UHGV virus genome: UHGV-0178594
Origin: a virus
DNA: 64,000 nucleotides
Strand: one strand, 5' to 3'
Part shown: piece after piece, positions 28,297-37,902 of the stretch
How the letters are laid out: every line of letters begins with the position of its first letter
Numbering within the stretch: position 1 is the first letter of the stretch
Notes under the pieces: model-generated
Told to the model about the DNA's origin: nothing
The model's database searches: none
Seen by the model: the letters and a program-made list of their open reading frames with translations, nothing else
Program-made: the position numbers and the translations under genes

Positions 28297-28791
28297 TTAA
28301 AACTTTGCGTACTGAAGCGGTGTACGCTTGATTTCAATGCGGTCTTCCGATGTGCTACCAAAGCCACCAGCACCTCGCTCTGTTTCATCGAGTTCATCAA
28401 CTTCTACCAGCGATACCGGTTCAACACGCTCAAAAATGCCTTGCATGACCGCCATTCCTGGCTTGAGGCAAACGCCTTCACCACCGGGATCTGTAATCAG
28501 TTTTGCTTTGATTTCACCGCGATAATCGGAGTCGATAATTCCTACGCAGTTAGCCAGGCGCGTATGCTTTTTGCAGCCCAATCCGGAACGAGGATAAAGT
28601 TTCAGACACCAGCCAGGAGGGATCGCCATAGCGAGGCCGGTATGCACCCACCAGCTTGAGGAAATAGCGCCGTTGCTATTGATACCTGGCGTTATTTCAA
28701 CAGCAATAAAATCCATCGCCGCCGATCCGGCGGTGGCGTAAACGGGGAGTCTTGCCGCCGGATGAAGGCGTTTCACTTTCACGTTAATCAT
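28297..28791 (-). CDS. dUTPase-like protein
   Basis: dUTPase-like motifs AGSAAMDF, RSGLG, GIIDSDYRGEI, RGAGGFGST. Confidence 0.6.
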   Translation of the reverse strand: MINVKVKRLHPAARLPVYATAGSAAMDFIAVEITPGINSNGAISSSWWVHTGLAMAIPPGWCLKLYPRSGLGCKKHTRLANCVGIIDSDYRGEIKAKLITDPGGEGVCLKPGMAVMQGIFERVEPVSLVEVDELDETERGAGGFGSTSEDRIEIKRTPLQYAKF

Positions 28792-29276
28792 TGCTTTTTA
28801 GCTCTCCGGGTAAATGTATAAATCCGGCGTTTGATATGCGGAGCGGTCGGAACGGAGACGCAGGTATTCTCGATAACACCTTGTTCCTCCAGCGATCGCA
28901 CAGCACGCAAGAACTGTGATGCATCACCACCGCCAGACAGCCAGAATTTGCGGGCATAGACGCTGCCATTACGGATAATTTCTGCGATCACCCGCGCTTG
29001 CGTCTGGCTTTCTCGATAGCCAAAGAGTTCTCTTGCCTCTCCTTGTGGGATAGCCAACTGATAGCCTTTCCCGCTACGGTGACGGACAAAACCGTGAGCA
29101 ATGAGGTTCTTCAGCTCATTTCGGGTGCGGATACACCCGTACTCAGGGAACTGTGTGTTGATATCACCAGGCTTATGCCATTCATCAGGACTATCAGCCA
29201 GGAGGGACAGAAGTTTCCCTGACAGCTCAGGATTAGTGGTTGGATAGCAGTTCAGGGATGGGTAGTAAGTTTTCAT
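28788..29276 (-). CDS. hypothetical protein
   Basis: 162-aa ORF, overlapping stop/start coupling. Confidence 0.45.
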   Translation of the reverse strand: MKTYYPSLNCYPTTNPELSGKLLSLLADSPDEWHKPGDINTQFPEYGCIRTRNELKNLIAHGFVRHRSGKGYQLAIPQGEARELFGYRESQTQARVIAEIIRNGSVYARKFWLSGGGDASQFLRAVRSLEEQGVIENTCVSVPTAPHIKRRIYTFTRRAKKQ

Positions 29277-29617
29277 TTGCGCCCCCTTGCCGGATAGCGC
29301 CCGGCATTTGCATCAGGAGCAATGAAGCCGCTGGTGGGGCGAGTGAAAACATGGTTAATTTTCTCGGTCATAGCGCGATAATTTTCCTGATAGTGGGCCA
29401 GGAGTTTTTCAGCAGCAATGACGGTTACTTTCCGGACGTAGCGTTCAGCTTCCTCCAGATTTCGCCAGTTTTTTTCGAGGGTAAACACGGGAACGGCATC
29501 AAGTCCGGTCATAACACCGAACACCACGACCGCCTGGTCGCGCTTAACGCCCGCAGTGAAGGTTATGGTGTAACCGTCAACAGTGAAGCGTTTTGATTCC
29601 GTAATACGATTGTGCAA
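29273..29617 (-). CDS. hypothetical protein (immediately downstream of cre-like gene)
   Basis: 114-aa ORF. Confidence 0.45.
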   Translation of the reverse strand: MHNRITESKRFTVDGYTITFTAGVKRDQAVVVFGVMTGLDAVPVFTLEKNWRNLEEAERYVRKVTVIAAEKLLAHYQENYRAMTEKINHVFTRPTSGFIAPDANAGRYPARGRK

Positions 29618-29689
29618 AGTACCCTCCGCAATAGGCGAGGGTACTTTACATTAAAATGCACTGTCTAAAAAGATTGTTAGAAAATTAAT

Positions 29690-30718
29690 TTATGAATCCA
29701 TCAGGCGACTATTTGCACCAACGGATGCCCCGCTACGGCGCAAATATCGCATAAGTGTTTCGGGCTTTTTCCATGTGCCTTCCTGCATGATCTCGACCAT
29801 TGACACCTGTTTCTCAGCCATATCAATTGCCGCACCAACACGCGCACTATGGCCTGTCCACGTCCGGTATCTTCCTTTGTTCGGCGTGGCATCTCGTTTG
29901 TTCAGCAACCCCCAGGCATCGCTGAATATTTTCTCCATTGCAGGTGCAGTAAGGGGAGTTGTCGTGATTCTGGCCTTATTACTGCGGTGTATTGGCGGGA
30001 ATAGCACCGCGTCCGGATGTTGACGAAGTCCGGACACCTCCAGCCAGTCGTTCAGTACGGCGGTAGTGCAACGAGAAAGCACCTTATCAAGTCCGGCGGC
30101 GGTCGTGATGGTCTTCGTGTGCGAAATATGCAGCGTTACAGTGTCACCTGTTTGGTCCAGATCTCCGACGCGGATGCGCGAGATTTCTGACATACGCATC
30201 AGGGTATTGTATGCCACGAAGAGAAACGCCCGATTGCGCAGGTCCACCAGCCGCTCGGAACGGGACAGCAATACGTCGAGCAATTTCAGATCATCCCACC
30301 GCAACGGTATAGCCTGGCCTGTTCGCTCGCCTTTTTCCGTTGCCGCTTCGCGCCGGATGCGCCGCATGGCCAGAGACACACTTTTATCGTCCGACAGCGG
30401 CGGGAGGCCACATTGCGAAAGCAGCATGTTAAGCATGGCATAGTGCTTATCAATGGTGGTCGAAGCCAGATCGGCCTCATGCAACTGGAGAAGATACTCG
30501 CGGGCCATTTCCGACGTAATCGGGAACCAGGGGCGCTGGCGCGAGTTACACCACCGCGCCCAGGAATGAAACACCAGACGGAGATCACGAAGTGTATTTG
30601 GGGCATAAGCTCCCTGGTCGTTCATGAACTGCATAAAGTTTTTTGCAGCTTCCTGGTATTCGGTGCCAATATCGCGCAGAAAACCACCAGAACCGCCGGA
30701 GATAACTAGTTCACCCAT
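29690..30718 (-). CDS. Cre-like tyrosine site-specific recombinase
   Basis: Extended similarity to P1 Cre (WFP...YLL.L...SLAMRRIRRE...RNRAFLFVAYNTLMR, SGHSARVGAA.DMA); 342 aa. Confidence 0.8.
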   Translation of the reverse strand: MGELVISGGSGGFLRDIGTEYQEAAKNFMQFMNDQGAYAPNTLRDLRLVFHSWARWCNSRQRPWFPITSEMAREYLLQLHEADLASTTIDKHYAMLNMLLSQCGLPPLSDDKSVSLAMRRIRREAATEKGERTGQAIPLRWDDLKLLDVLLSRSERLVDLRNRAFLFVAYNTLMRMSEISRIRVGDLDQTGDTVTLHISHTKTITTAAGLDKVLSRCTTAVLNDWLEVSGLRQHPDAVLFPPIHRSNKARITTTPLTAPAMEKIFSDAWGLLNKRDATPNKGRYRTWTGHSARVGAAIDMAEKQVSMVEIMQEGTWKKPETLMRYLRRSGASVGANSRLMDS

Positions 30719-30870
30719 GAAACTATTAAACCTCTATATACAGATAACGCTACGTGAAAAATAGAAAACTGACAGGGTAGTTATAAGTTAATTTTCAAAA
30801 TTCAAGCCTTTGATTCGAGGCATGATTTTTCATCCTTGTCAATACTGCCAGTTTACTGGAGATTATAGCC

Positions 30871-30902
30871 TAACTTTAAATAATGCCAATTATTTAAAGT
30901 TA
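30871..30902. promoter_or_regulatory. lox-like recombination site candidate (13-bp inverted repeats, 6-bp spacer)
   Basis: TAACTTTAAATAA-tgccaa-TTATTTAAAGTTA, perfect arms; 153 bp upstream of cre-like start; arm begins TAACTT as in loxP. Confidence 0.5.
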
Positions 30903-31098
30903 GAAATCGGAACTTTTTTCCCAAAAAAACACCGACCAGATCACTTCGCAAATCCGTCAGCCATGCGGTAGCCGCTCCTGGTTACATTTTCTAATAGGAA
31001 CAATCAAAAAAAAGCGGTTTTATCCTTTACTCACCTTGTTATTCAGCATAAATTTGTCACAGGACTTTTATGTTAGAAAACTAAATCGAGTAGGAATA

Positions 31099-32136
31099 AT
31101 GAGTAAGAAGTCGATCGAGAATGAGTACAAACGGTTCCTGCAAACCGCTGAACGGTGGAAAGAGCTGGTGGTCGCAAACTCTGTTTTCCATGATACCAGT
31201 TATGTTGGCGAGGAATTTCGCCATGTTGCATTAACACATGATCCGGCTGTATTAGAAGAAGCTGAAAAATGCATAGCCGAATGGAAAGCCTTTGTTGATC
31301 TGTGTCGCAAGGATGATGACAAAGCCTCAAACATTGTTGAGTCGGTTTATTTACCGATCCCATTCATTGTTGAGGATACTAATCAGAGTACGCACATCGT
31401 TATGCAAAGCGCAACCACAACGAGAACATTTACGCGCGAAGACCTGCTGAAAAAATACGATAAAACTATAAAGAAAAGCATGAAAAACAGGATATTTTCA
31501 CAGGTTGTCGGTGCGCTTGAAGAAGAACGCAGATTCTTCGCCGCTGAACGTGAGGGCGAGGTATACCGCGCAAGAAAAGAAGGTTATACCGATGTGGTGA
31601 TTACCACCAATATTGAGGGCAACAATGGACTTTCACGCTTCAGAGTGGGTACGCACGGTGCGCTGATCTTTGCAAAAAAAGCAAACACAGAGATTCCCGT
31701 TGTTAACAACGTTGGTGAGCGCCGCACCCTTACCATTTACACTGGCATTAAACCGCTTCCGTGCGGACTTCTCGGCGAATTTGACCTTTATCGGGTTCGT
31801 GATCTGGAAAAGCAGCAGCCAAGCTACGTCGTGAAGTCATATATCCTGAGAAACATTGATATCCGCAATCAGAGTTTAAAAAACAAATCAGATAAAATGC
31901 TGGCCGAAGCCGATCCAGCCATACACCAGATCGTAAGCCGGAAAATTCAAGAGGCTAAAGATGCAATGGCAAGGCTGGATAAAATGGACCTGGAACTACT
32001 GGAAGTTATGATTGCCTCCGGCGATGACCTGACAGGCATCCGCCTTACTGAAGCCAGGAAAAAATACGGTAAAAGCGTTGAAGAACGCTATGGGTACACA
32101 TTCACACAAACGATGTACGCGGCAAAACTCTGGTAA
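31099..32136 (+). CDS. hypothetical protein; positional analogue of P1 c1 (between pacB and lox)
   Basis: 346-aa ORF convergent with pacB-like gene; GTTAGAA half-site in its leader; no recognisable motif. Confidence 0.4.
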   Translation: MSKKSIENEYKRFLQTAERWKELVVANSVFHDTSYVGEEFRHVALTHDPAVLEEAEKCIAEWKAFVDLCRKDDDKASNIVESVYLPIPFIVEDTNQSTHIVMQSATTTRTFTREDLLKKYDKTIKKSMKNRIFSQVVGALEEERRFFAAEREGEVYRARKEGYTDVVITTNIEGNNGLSRFRVGTHGALIFAKKANTEIPVVNNVGERRTLTIYTGIKPLPCGLLGEFDLYRVRDLEKQQPSYVVKSYILRNIDIRNQSLKNKSDKMLAEADPAIHQIVSRKIQEAKDAMARLDKMDLELLEVMIASGDDLTGIRLTEARKKYGKSVEERYGYTFTQTMYAAKLW

Positions 32137-32153
32137 TCGCAAGCCACCCACAA

Positions 32154-32175
32154 GCCCCGAATCGCCGGGGCTTTT
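32154..32175 (+). terminator. rho-independent terminator
   Basis: gccccg-aatcgc-cggggc hairpin followed by TTTT. Confidence 0.55.
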
Positions 32176-33682
32176 AAATGTCAATATCAGGAATATCCAC
32201 TTCTGCCAACACCTGATCGCGGAATGTTGCGAGTTCTGCGCCAATGTCTTCATTAGCAGGCACGTAATCCACCAGCATAGTGAAGCAGTAGGTATCCCAT
32301 CTGTCCGGTGACTTGATGTTTAACTTCTGCCGCATGTGCTCCTTGCGCATCATCGCTACCTTCCCTTCTTCGTTAAGCATATACGGGATTTTTGATGCCT
32401 GATCTGCGGTTTTGGGGTCACTATCGATACGCATACGCCCGGATTTAATGGCATCCCCTGCCATAATATTGGCGTAAGCACGCTGATTGACAAAGCGTTC
32501 TCTGTCTCTTAGCGCAAACATAGGCTTACCCCAACGGATGCGAACGGGATTAGCACCACGGCGGACAAGCTGCGCACACGTATCTGAACCAAAGCCATCA
32601 GCATCCACAGCAATGGTGATGTTCGGGTATTTATCAGGAGTGCATTCGTTATAGATAAAGTCGGCAAAAGCCAACGGGTCCATAGTGCCTGGCATCTCCA
32701 GTATCTTAAAGTTCACAACGCGTCGTTTCTCACGATAACCGGATACTTTGCATATATTGAGCACCGATTTATCGCGACCATTACCGACGTCAGCGGTCGC
32801 TACCCAGCCCCAATCTTTCTCCAGCAACACTTTACGCCGTGCGGCGCGGTCGCACTCATCACGACCAAGCAAATACCCGTTAATTGCACGCGGGAACTGG
32901 CCCAGCACCTTAACCATGTACTCCAGCGAATCCCTGCCGCCGTACTCCAGCAATTTCTCACGAATAAAGCTCGGTTCAACGAATGGTGATTCTTCAGAGT
33001 TAAGGACTATTGCCGTCCAGACACCTTCCGGATTGCCTTCTGCCTTTGCCCTTGAATGGTGAGATTCATAAAAGTAACCGCTTGGACGCGTAGGCTGGGA
33101 AAGCATGAGCATACGGTTATCTTTCTGCGTTAACGCCCCCGTCATGACGTTAATCGCCTTATCGGATATGCCCGATGCTTCATCAAGAATTAGCAGTAAA
33201 TGCTCCGCGTGCTCCCCCGCCAGTGCCTCTTCGTTACCGAGTCGATAACCTTTACAGAGCACTTCCCATATCCCTTTACGGGAACGCTCATAAAACATGG
33301 TGTCAGACAGGACAAAATAGGTCTGTAACCAGCCGTGGCGCTTAACAGCATTCGCCCAAAACTGTTTCACGTATTTGAATACGCCTGTTTTTACCTGGCC
33401 TATTTTGTTCGCAACAATAATGACGCGGGCGTCGGGGAACAGGATCATAAAAATTAGTAGCAACATCGCGGTAAGGGACGACTTACCCGTTCCGTGTCCG
33501 GACGTAACGGTCGTCCTGCTTCCCGTCTCCTGCACTGACTGAATGATCTGCTGCTGCTGGTGGGAGGGGAACATCCCAAAAATATCGACAACCGCCTGGG
33601 TAAAGTTGTATCGATACCTGATAACCATATCGCGCCAACGTGGATCACTGGTGACGCACTTAATCTTACGACCACCAGCCAT
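32174..33682 (-). CDS. terminase large subunit (PacB-like)
   Basis: 502 aa; Walker A-like TSGHGTGKSS and overall terminase ATPase/nuclease layout; downstream of PacA-like gene. Confidence 0.7.
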   Translation of the reverse strand: MAGGRKIKCVTSDPRWRDMVIRYRYNFTQAVVDIFGMFPSHQQQQIIQSVQETGSRTTVTSGHGTGKSSLTAMLLLIFMILFPDARVIIVANKIGQVKTGVFKYVKQFWANAVKRHGWLQTYFVLSDTMFYERSRKGIWEVLCKGYRLGNEEALAGEHAEHLLLILDEASGISDKAINVMTGALTQKDNRMLMLSQPTRPSGYFYESHHSRAKAEGNPEGVWTAIVLNSEESPFVEPSFIREKLLEYGGRDSLEYMVKVLGQFPRAINGYLLGRDECDRAARRKVLLEKDWGWVATADVGNGRDKSVLNICKVSGYREKRRVVNFKILEMPGTMDPLAFADFIYNECTPDKYPNITIAVDADGFGSDTCAQLVRRGANPVRIRWGKPMFALRDRERFVNQRAYANIMAGDAIKSGRMRIDSDPKTADQASKIPYMLNEEGKVAMMRKEHMRQKLNIKSPDRWDTYCFTMLVDYVPANEDIGAELATFRDQVLAEVDIPDIDI

Positions 33683-35046
33683 TAGTCATCCTCCGGCTGG
33701 TCTATCGCAATCTCGTCATCTACAGCATCAAAACCGGTATCCCCCGCGTCATAATCACCGTAGATATCAGCCGTGGCGTAAGGGTCTATATTCAGGTCTT
33801 CATCATTGGCCTCAAATTCACCGGCTTTACGTTCTCCGTTCCGGTCGTAATCCCCCATCCCAAGCCTATCAACGATTTTCGCTACTTCAGCCCGGCGTTG
33901 TGCAAGCCATTGTGGGAGTCCAGCTTGTTGCTCGGCAAACTGCTTCGCCTCTTTATCCAGTTGCTCATCATCAACATCGTTAACGTCAGAAACCGGAGGC
34001 TCCAGAAGTGAGATCGCTTTTGCCGCTCGTGCCGCCAGGATAGCCGGGACACTGACGCCCTGCCGCTCGATATATTCAGCAACACCTATATCATCCAGCT
34101 CCTCGCGCTCACGCATACGTATAGCGGCGGCGATAACCCTGGCGGCGCGTGCGTCAGCGCCAATGCGATACTCAATCTCCTTGCCACGCTGCTCGGCTTG
34201 TAGGCGGGCAATCGCCAGTTTTTCTCTGGCCTCAGCCTCCCTGAATGCCTGCTGACGCGCGCCCTGCGCAAGTTTTTCATCCCCCTGGCGTAGCTTCTGC
34301 TCGTTCTGATAGATGGCTGCCAGCCTGGTGATAAAGTCATTCATGTAGTAGGCCGCATCGCTGATCAGTCCGAGAAGACGCTGCCCTGGGTGCATCCCCT
34401 CTGGCTGTGTATCACCGAGGGCGTCAATCTCTTCCTGTAGTCGCTCCGCTTCCTGGTCAACGATAGCCTGATACTGAATTGCTCGTTCCTGCGCCATCTG
34501 AATCGCAAGTCGTAAATGTTCAGTCGCGCCGTTCTTCATCATCTCACGGGCGACGTTGGTGGCAGGCAAAGTGGTGCTTTGAGCTGATGAATCAGGGATC
34601 ATTTGCAATGATCCCTTGTTTCGTTGGGCTTTATCGCTGCTTTTAGGGATCATTTCTCCCATTTCATCACAAAATGATCCCTTCACATCCTTGTGTATCT
34701 TGTTGTTATTACTTGGCTTTTCTTTGTGATCCGCATTTTGTTTTTGCGGCATGGCGCGGAACCGTCCACCAGCCAAAGATTTGTCAGTTTTTGTAAATTC
34801 TGTGCTTTTATTAGCCTTTTTTTGCTCTTTTTTTGAGCCGGTGGCGCTGCTTTTTGCGCGCTGTTTTGTACTTTTCCCGGTAGCCTTAGCTTTCGCCTTA
34901 ACCTCATTTTTTTTCATATTGAGATGCTTTCTGGCGGTGTTAAAGCTGAGGTCATGCTGCTCGCAATATTCTTTTATGGTGATCCCGGTTTCTTCTCTTA
35001 ACTCCAGGAACTTAGCTCGATGCGCTTCCCAGTTAATTAACGTCAT
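33682..35046 (-). CDS. terminase small / pac-recognition subunit (PacA-like)
   Basis: N-terminal HTH-like segment; GATC hexamer cluster inside the gene as in P1 pacA; ATGA-coupled to pacB-like. Confidence 0.55.
   Translation of the reverse strand: MTLINWEAHRAKFLELREETGITIKEYCEQHDLSFNTARKHLNMKKNEVKAKAKATGKSTKQRAKSSATGSKKEQKKANKSTEFTKTDKSLAGGRFRAMPQKQNADHKEKPSNNNKIHKDVKGSFCDEMGEMIPKSSDKAQRNKGSLQMIPDSSAQSTTLPATNVAREMMKNGATEHLRLAIQMAQERAIQYQAIVDQEAERLQEEIDALGDTQPEGMHPGQRLLGLISDAAYYMNDFITRLAAIYQNEQKLRQGDEKLAQGARQQAFREAEAREKLAIARLQAEQRGKEIEYRIGADARAARVIAAAIRMREREELDDIGVAEYIERQGVSVPAILAARAAKAISLLEPPVSDVNDVDDEQLDKEAKQFAEQQAGLPQWLAQRRAEVAKIVDRLGMGDYDRNGERKAGEFEANDEDLNIDPYATADIYGDYDAGDTGFDAVDDEIAIDQPEDD
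34594..34731. promoter_or_regulatory. candidate pac site: cluster of GATC-containing hexamers (TGATCC)
   Basis: GGGATCATT x2 and AATGATCCC x2 as inverted pairs plus TGATCC at 34726; five GATC in ~135 bp inside pacA-like gene. Confidence 0.45.
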
Positions 35047-35435
35047 AGGGAAGCCTCACGTTTTTTCACAGCGGCGTTCCATAGCTGGTTAGTCATCGCC
35101 ACCAACTGACGCTGCTCCTTTCGTAATTGAGCTTCTATCTTTCGGTTGGTGTTTTTCACCAACAGCCGACCGAATTCAGGAGTGCGCCCGCGCACCTTGA
35201 ACTGGTATCCATTCAGGCCATGTAACCAATATTTCCGGGGGTATACGCGGTCGTCTATTTCGCAAATGGCACGACTGGAACGAACAAAAAAACGTATGAT
35301 GTTATTTACGTTTACGCGCGACACATGAAGGTGAGGATATTGTGCTTTTGCACGGCTGGTGATTTCGGTGACCGTCAGATAGCAGTTAGCCCTGATCATG
35401 ATATCCGCTATTTCGGCGCTACTGATTTGCTCCAT
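35043..35435 (-). CDS. hypothetical protein; positional analogue of P1 Lpa (late promoter activator)
   Basis: 130-aa ORF immediately upstream of and coupled to pacA-like gene. Confidence 0.35.
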   Translation of the reverse strand: MEQISSAEIADIMIRANCYLTVTEITSRAKAQYPHLHVSRVNVNNIIRFFVRSSRAICEIDDRVYPRKYWLHGLNGYQFKVRGRTPEFGRLLVKNTNRKIEAQLRKEQRQLVAMTNQLWNAAVKKREASL

Positions 35436-35511
35436 TTATCCCCCGGATAGAAAAAGACCGAGGGGATGATAATCAGCTTGTTAATACTGAGAAGACTGTC
35501 AAAAACACGAT

Positions 35512-35543
35512 CTATTAGAAAATTAATATCAATTTGCTAACAC
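35512..35543. promoter_or_regulatory. degenerate palindromic operator candidate (ATTAGAA-N14-TGCTAAC)
   Basis: Upstream of Lpa-position gene; right arm abuts stop of 35543 ORF. Confidence 0.4.
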
Positions 35544-35926
35544 TACCAGCGGGATAAACGAACAACATGCTTAACTTTTGCCTCCCACTTCCCTTTATGT
35601 TTGTTGATCACCGCCTGCGCCATCTTCAGACTGGCTTCAAAATCGGCTTTTCGACCACTATTGCCCACCAGCAACGCTCCGTCTATTTCGGGTAAGCATA
35701 AATAATCCTGCTCGACGGTAAGCGGCATTGATGATGTAACCTGGCAGGCTTTCCATCTGAAGCGTATGCGCACACTCCTGACTGACATCACGACATAACC
35801 TGATATTGTGCTCTTGTGTCCGGCGTCTGTGCGTGTAGCCTTGCATGATGTTATCTTGCAGGTGATGATGTCCCAACCAATGTGCATCGCATCCTCAGTG
35901 CGTAATTTAGTAGTCTCGTACATCAA
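35543..35926 (-). CDS. hypothetical protein
   Basis: 127-aa ORF; stop abuts palindromic site 35512-35543. Confidence 0.35.
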   Translation of the reverse strand: MMYETTKLRTEDAMHIGWDIITCKITSCKATRTDAGHKSTISGYVVMSVRSVRIRFRWKACQVTSSMPLTVEQDYLCLPEIDGALLVGNSGRKADFEASLKMAQAVINKHKGKWEAKVKHVVRLSRW

Positions 35927-36498
35927 AAAACCTCCCAGTCAGTAGCGATAATATCAACTCCAGTTGCAAACCAGTCTGTCTGCGCCTGTAAATCCCCATT
36001 CATCATTACCAGGCGAGGCATAACCATCACATCACAACCTTCAACAATATCGAATGCCTCTTCCGGCAGGAATTCGACGAGCTTTTCTTTGCTACCAACA
36101 CTGCCACGGAGCATCGATATATAGCTCCCTTTAGGCCATGATGTTCGCCGGGCATCAAGCCCCTTCATCATCCAGTAAAAGGCCGATGAGAACGGGATGT
36201 TCTTTTTGGCGATGAGCACGTTATTCGCTTCTGTGTACTTCAGGAACTTAACTAACCTTACCATCGACTCGGATAACGCAATGTACGGCTCATGATTGAT
36301 TGCTGACACACTTACGCCGTGCAGTCCAACACTTACCACTGTCATATCACCGTTCTGTGCAGTTTCGATGTTGACGCCTTTACGAACTAACGCTGCATAA
36401 AGCTCCTCGCGCTTTTGCGTCCAGCATTCTCGTCGCCCTATAAAGTCACTCAAAACGAGATCATCTTCTAAATACGCGTTATCGTTCGCCGTTAACAT
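35923..36498 (-). CDS. hypothetical protein
   Basis: 191-aa ORF, coupled to downstream ORF. Confidence 0.45.
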   Translation of the reverse strand: MLTANDNAYLEDDLVLSDFIGRRECWTQKREELYAALVRKGVNIETAQNGDMTVVSVGLHGVSVSAINHEPYIALSESMVRLVKFLKYTEANNVLIAKKNIPFSSAFYWMMKGLDARRTSWPKGSYISMLRGSVGSKEKLVEFLPEEAFDIVEGCDVMVMPRLVMMNGDLQAQTDWFATGVDIIATDWEVF

Positions 36499-36950
36499 AA
36501 CGTCTCCTTTTTTACACGCGCGACTATCCCCCGGCTGAACCGGTAGTGACGTCGTAACTTCGTATTAATTAAGGGTTACAGCCTGAGCGGCTATATGATG
36601 AATTGAAAGGAGTTGTGGCGGTGGTGCCTCCACCTGCCAGGTTAGCCACGCCCGGCGACGACACTTATCAGAACGTAGTGAATGAAAATGGCTTCGTCAC
36701 GAGCGCATAGCCGCAATTACCACAACGGAAACGGCGCTCACGCTAATTAAACGCCTTTTCCTGTTGTACGCCGTGCTCTTCCGGCTGTCACACCGAATCG
36801 CCAGGATGGTGAATCCGCAGTCCGACGCTATGAACGGGGCTTGCACATTCCGGCTACCTGGTGTGCCCATGCAGTGTTAGTAAAAGGTACCTAACAGCTA
36901 CACCAGACCGCTAACGACGCATGTGCCATACGCCGTGTTACAACCAAATG

Positions 36951-37026
36951 TGGTGGCCCCTACCGGACTTGAACCGGTGACCGTGCGATTATGAGTCGCC
37001 CGCTCTAACCACTGAGCTAAAGGGCC
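36951..37026 (-). tRNA. tRNA, anticodon CAU (tRNA-Ile2/ileX-like or Met)
   Basis: 76 nt, GGCCCTTTAGCTCAGTGGTTAGAGC...CTCATAA...GGTTCAAGTCC...CCA; close to E. coli tRNA-Ile(LAU). Confidence 0.8.
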
Positions 37027-37455
37027 AGATTACTGTTAATTACGCTTACGCTTTTTGCCAGAACCGCGTAAGGCTTTTGCCGCTTGCTCTACCCCGTATG
37101 CAACCACCAGCAGAAACAATAATGTCCACTCCGGGTTTTTATCGGCAAACGCCCAAAAATCCATCACTTGCAGCCACCTTTTAAGACAAAACGCCATTGC
37201 TGTTAGGTTGCGGTGCCGGGTGCCTCCCGGTGACGTTAACCAGTTAACAATTAACGCCGGATCACTTATGGATTCTCGTTACGCCAGTAAAAAGACCACC
37301 TTTACTGTTTTAACTGTTCCGCGTGCGCTTAGCCGCATTCACCGCAATGGTAAGAGCATTTGGCTGACTGGGCGGCGATGACGCCTGTACGCATTTGGTG
37401 ATCCGGTTCTGCTTCCGGCATTCGCTTAATTAGCCAAATACTCTTAACGTTGCGC

Positions 37456-37542
37456 TGGCGGAGAGTAATGGAATCGAACCATCATCGCTTGCGCAATGGG
37501 ACGGTTTTCAAGACCGCTTGAGCACCATGCTCCCTACTCTCC
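37456..37542 (-). tRNA. type II tRNA, anticodon UGA (Ser candidate), atypical D-arm
   Basis: 87 nt; acceptor GGAGAGT/ACTCTCC, loop CTTGAAA, long variable arm, T-loop TTCGATT, encoded CCA. Confidence 0.5.
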
Positions 37543-37647
37543 AGTGATTGTGATGGTCGGTGCTGAACTCCGACACAGGGTTGTAGCAAGCCCCGCAAAG
37601 CGCGCACTACTGTAGTTGCGGCACATCAGCCTGTGCATTCATCACAA

Positions 37648-37725
37648 CGGTAAGGGTACTTCGTAGGGATTCGAACCCTCTGCCAAGCTCGGCGATCTCC
37701 GACGTCGCAAAATACCCTTACCTGT
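37648..37725 (-). other. tRNA-like fragment / degenerate tRNA
   Basis: Contains GGGTTCGAATCCC T-arm inside an 8-bp closing helix but no canonical D or anticodon arm. Confidence 0.3.
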
Positions 37726-37730
37726 TGTGT

Positions 37731-37806
37731 TGGTGCCGGTTAACGGACTCGAACCGCTGACATCCTGCTTACAAGGCAGGCGCTCTACCAACTGAGCTAA
37801 ACCGGC
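37731..37806 (-). tRNA. tRNA-Thr (anticodon UGU)
   Basis: GCCGGTTTAGCTCAGTTGGTAGAGC...CTTGTAA...GGTTCGAGTCC...AACCGGCACCA. Confidence 0.8.
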
Positions 37807-37810
37807 AATT

Positions 37811-37897
37811 TGGTGGGGAGTGATGGAGTCGAACCATCCGAGTCGCAATGACAGTAGATTTACAGTCTACCCCGCTACCCCTACGGACTAACTCCCC
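37811..37897 (-). tRNA. tRNA-Tyr (anticodon GUA), type II
   Basis: 87 nt; anticodon loop CTGTAAA, long variable arm, T-loop TTCGACT, CCA end. Confidence 0.75.
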
Positions 37898-37902
37898 TAA
37901 AT

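Noticed and set aside
29690-30718. Tyrosine recombinase as a chromosomal integrase marking a prophage attachment site
   Set aside because: It is Cre-like with a lox-type palindrome nearby rather than a lambda-type integrase; the tRNA genes are internal cargo with no truncated tRNA-attachment junction, so no attL or attR is called.
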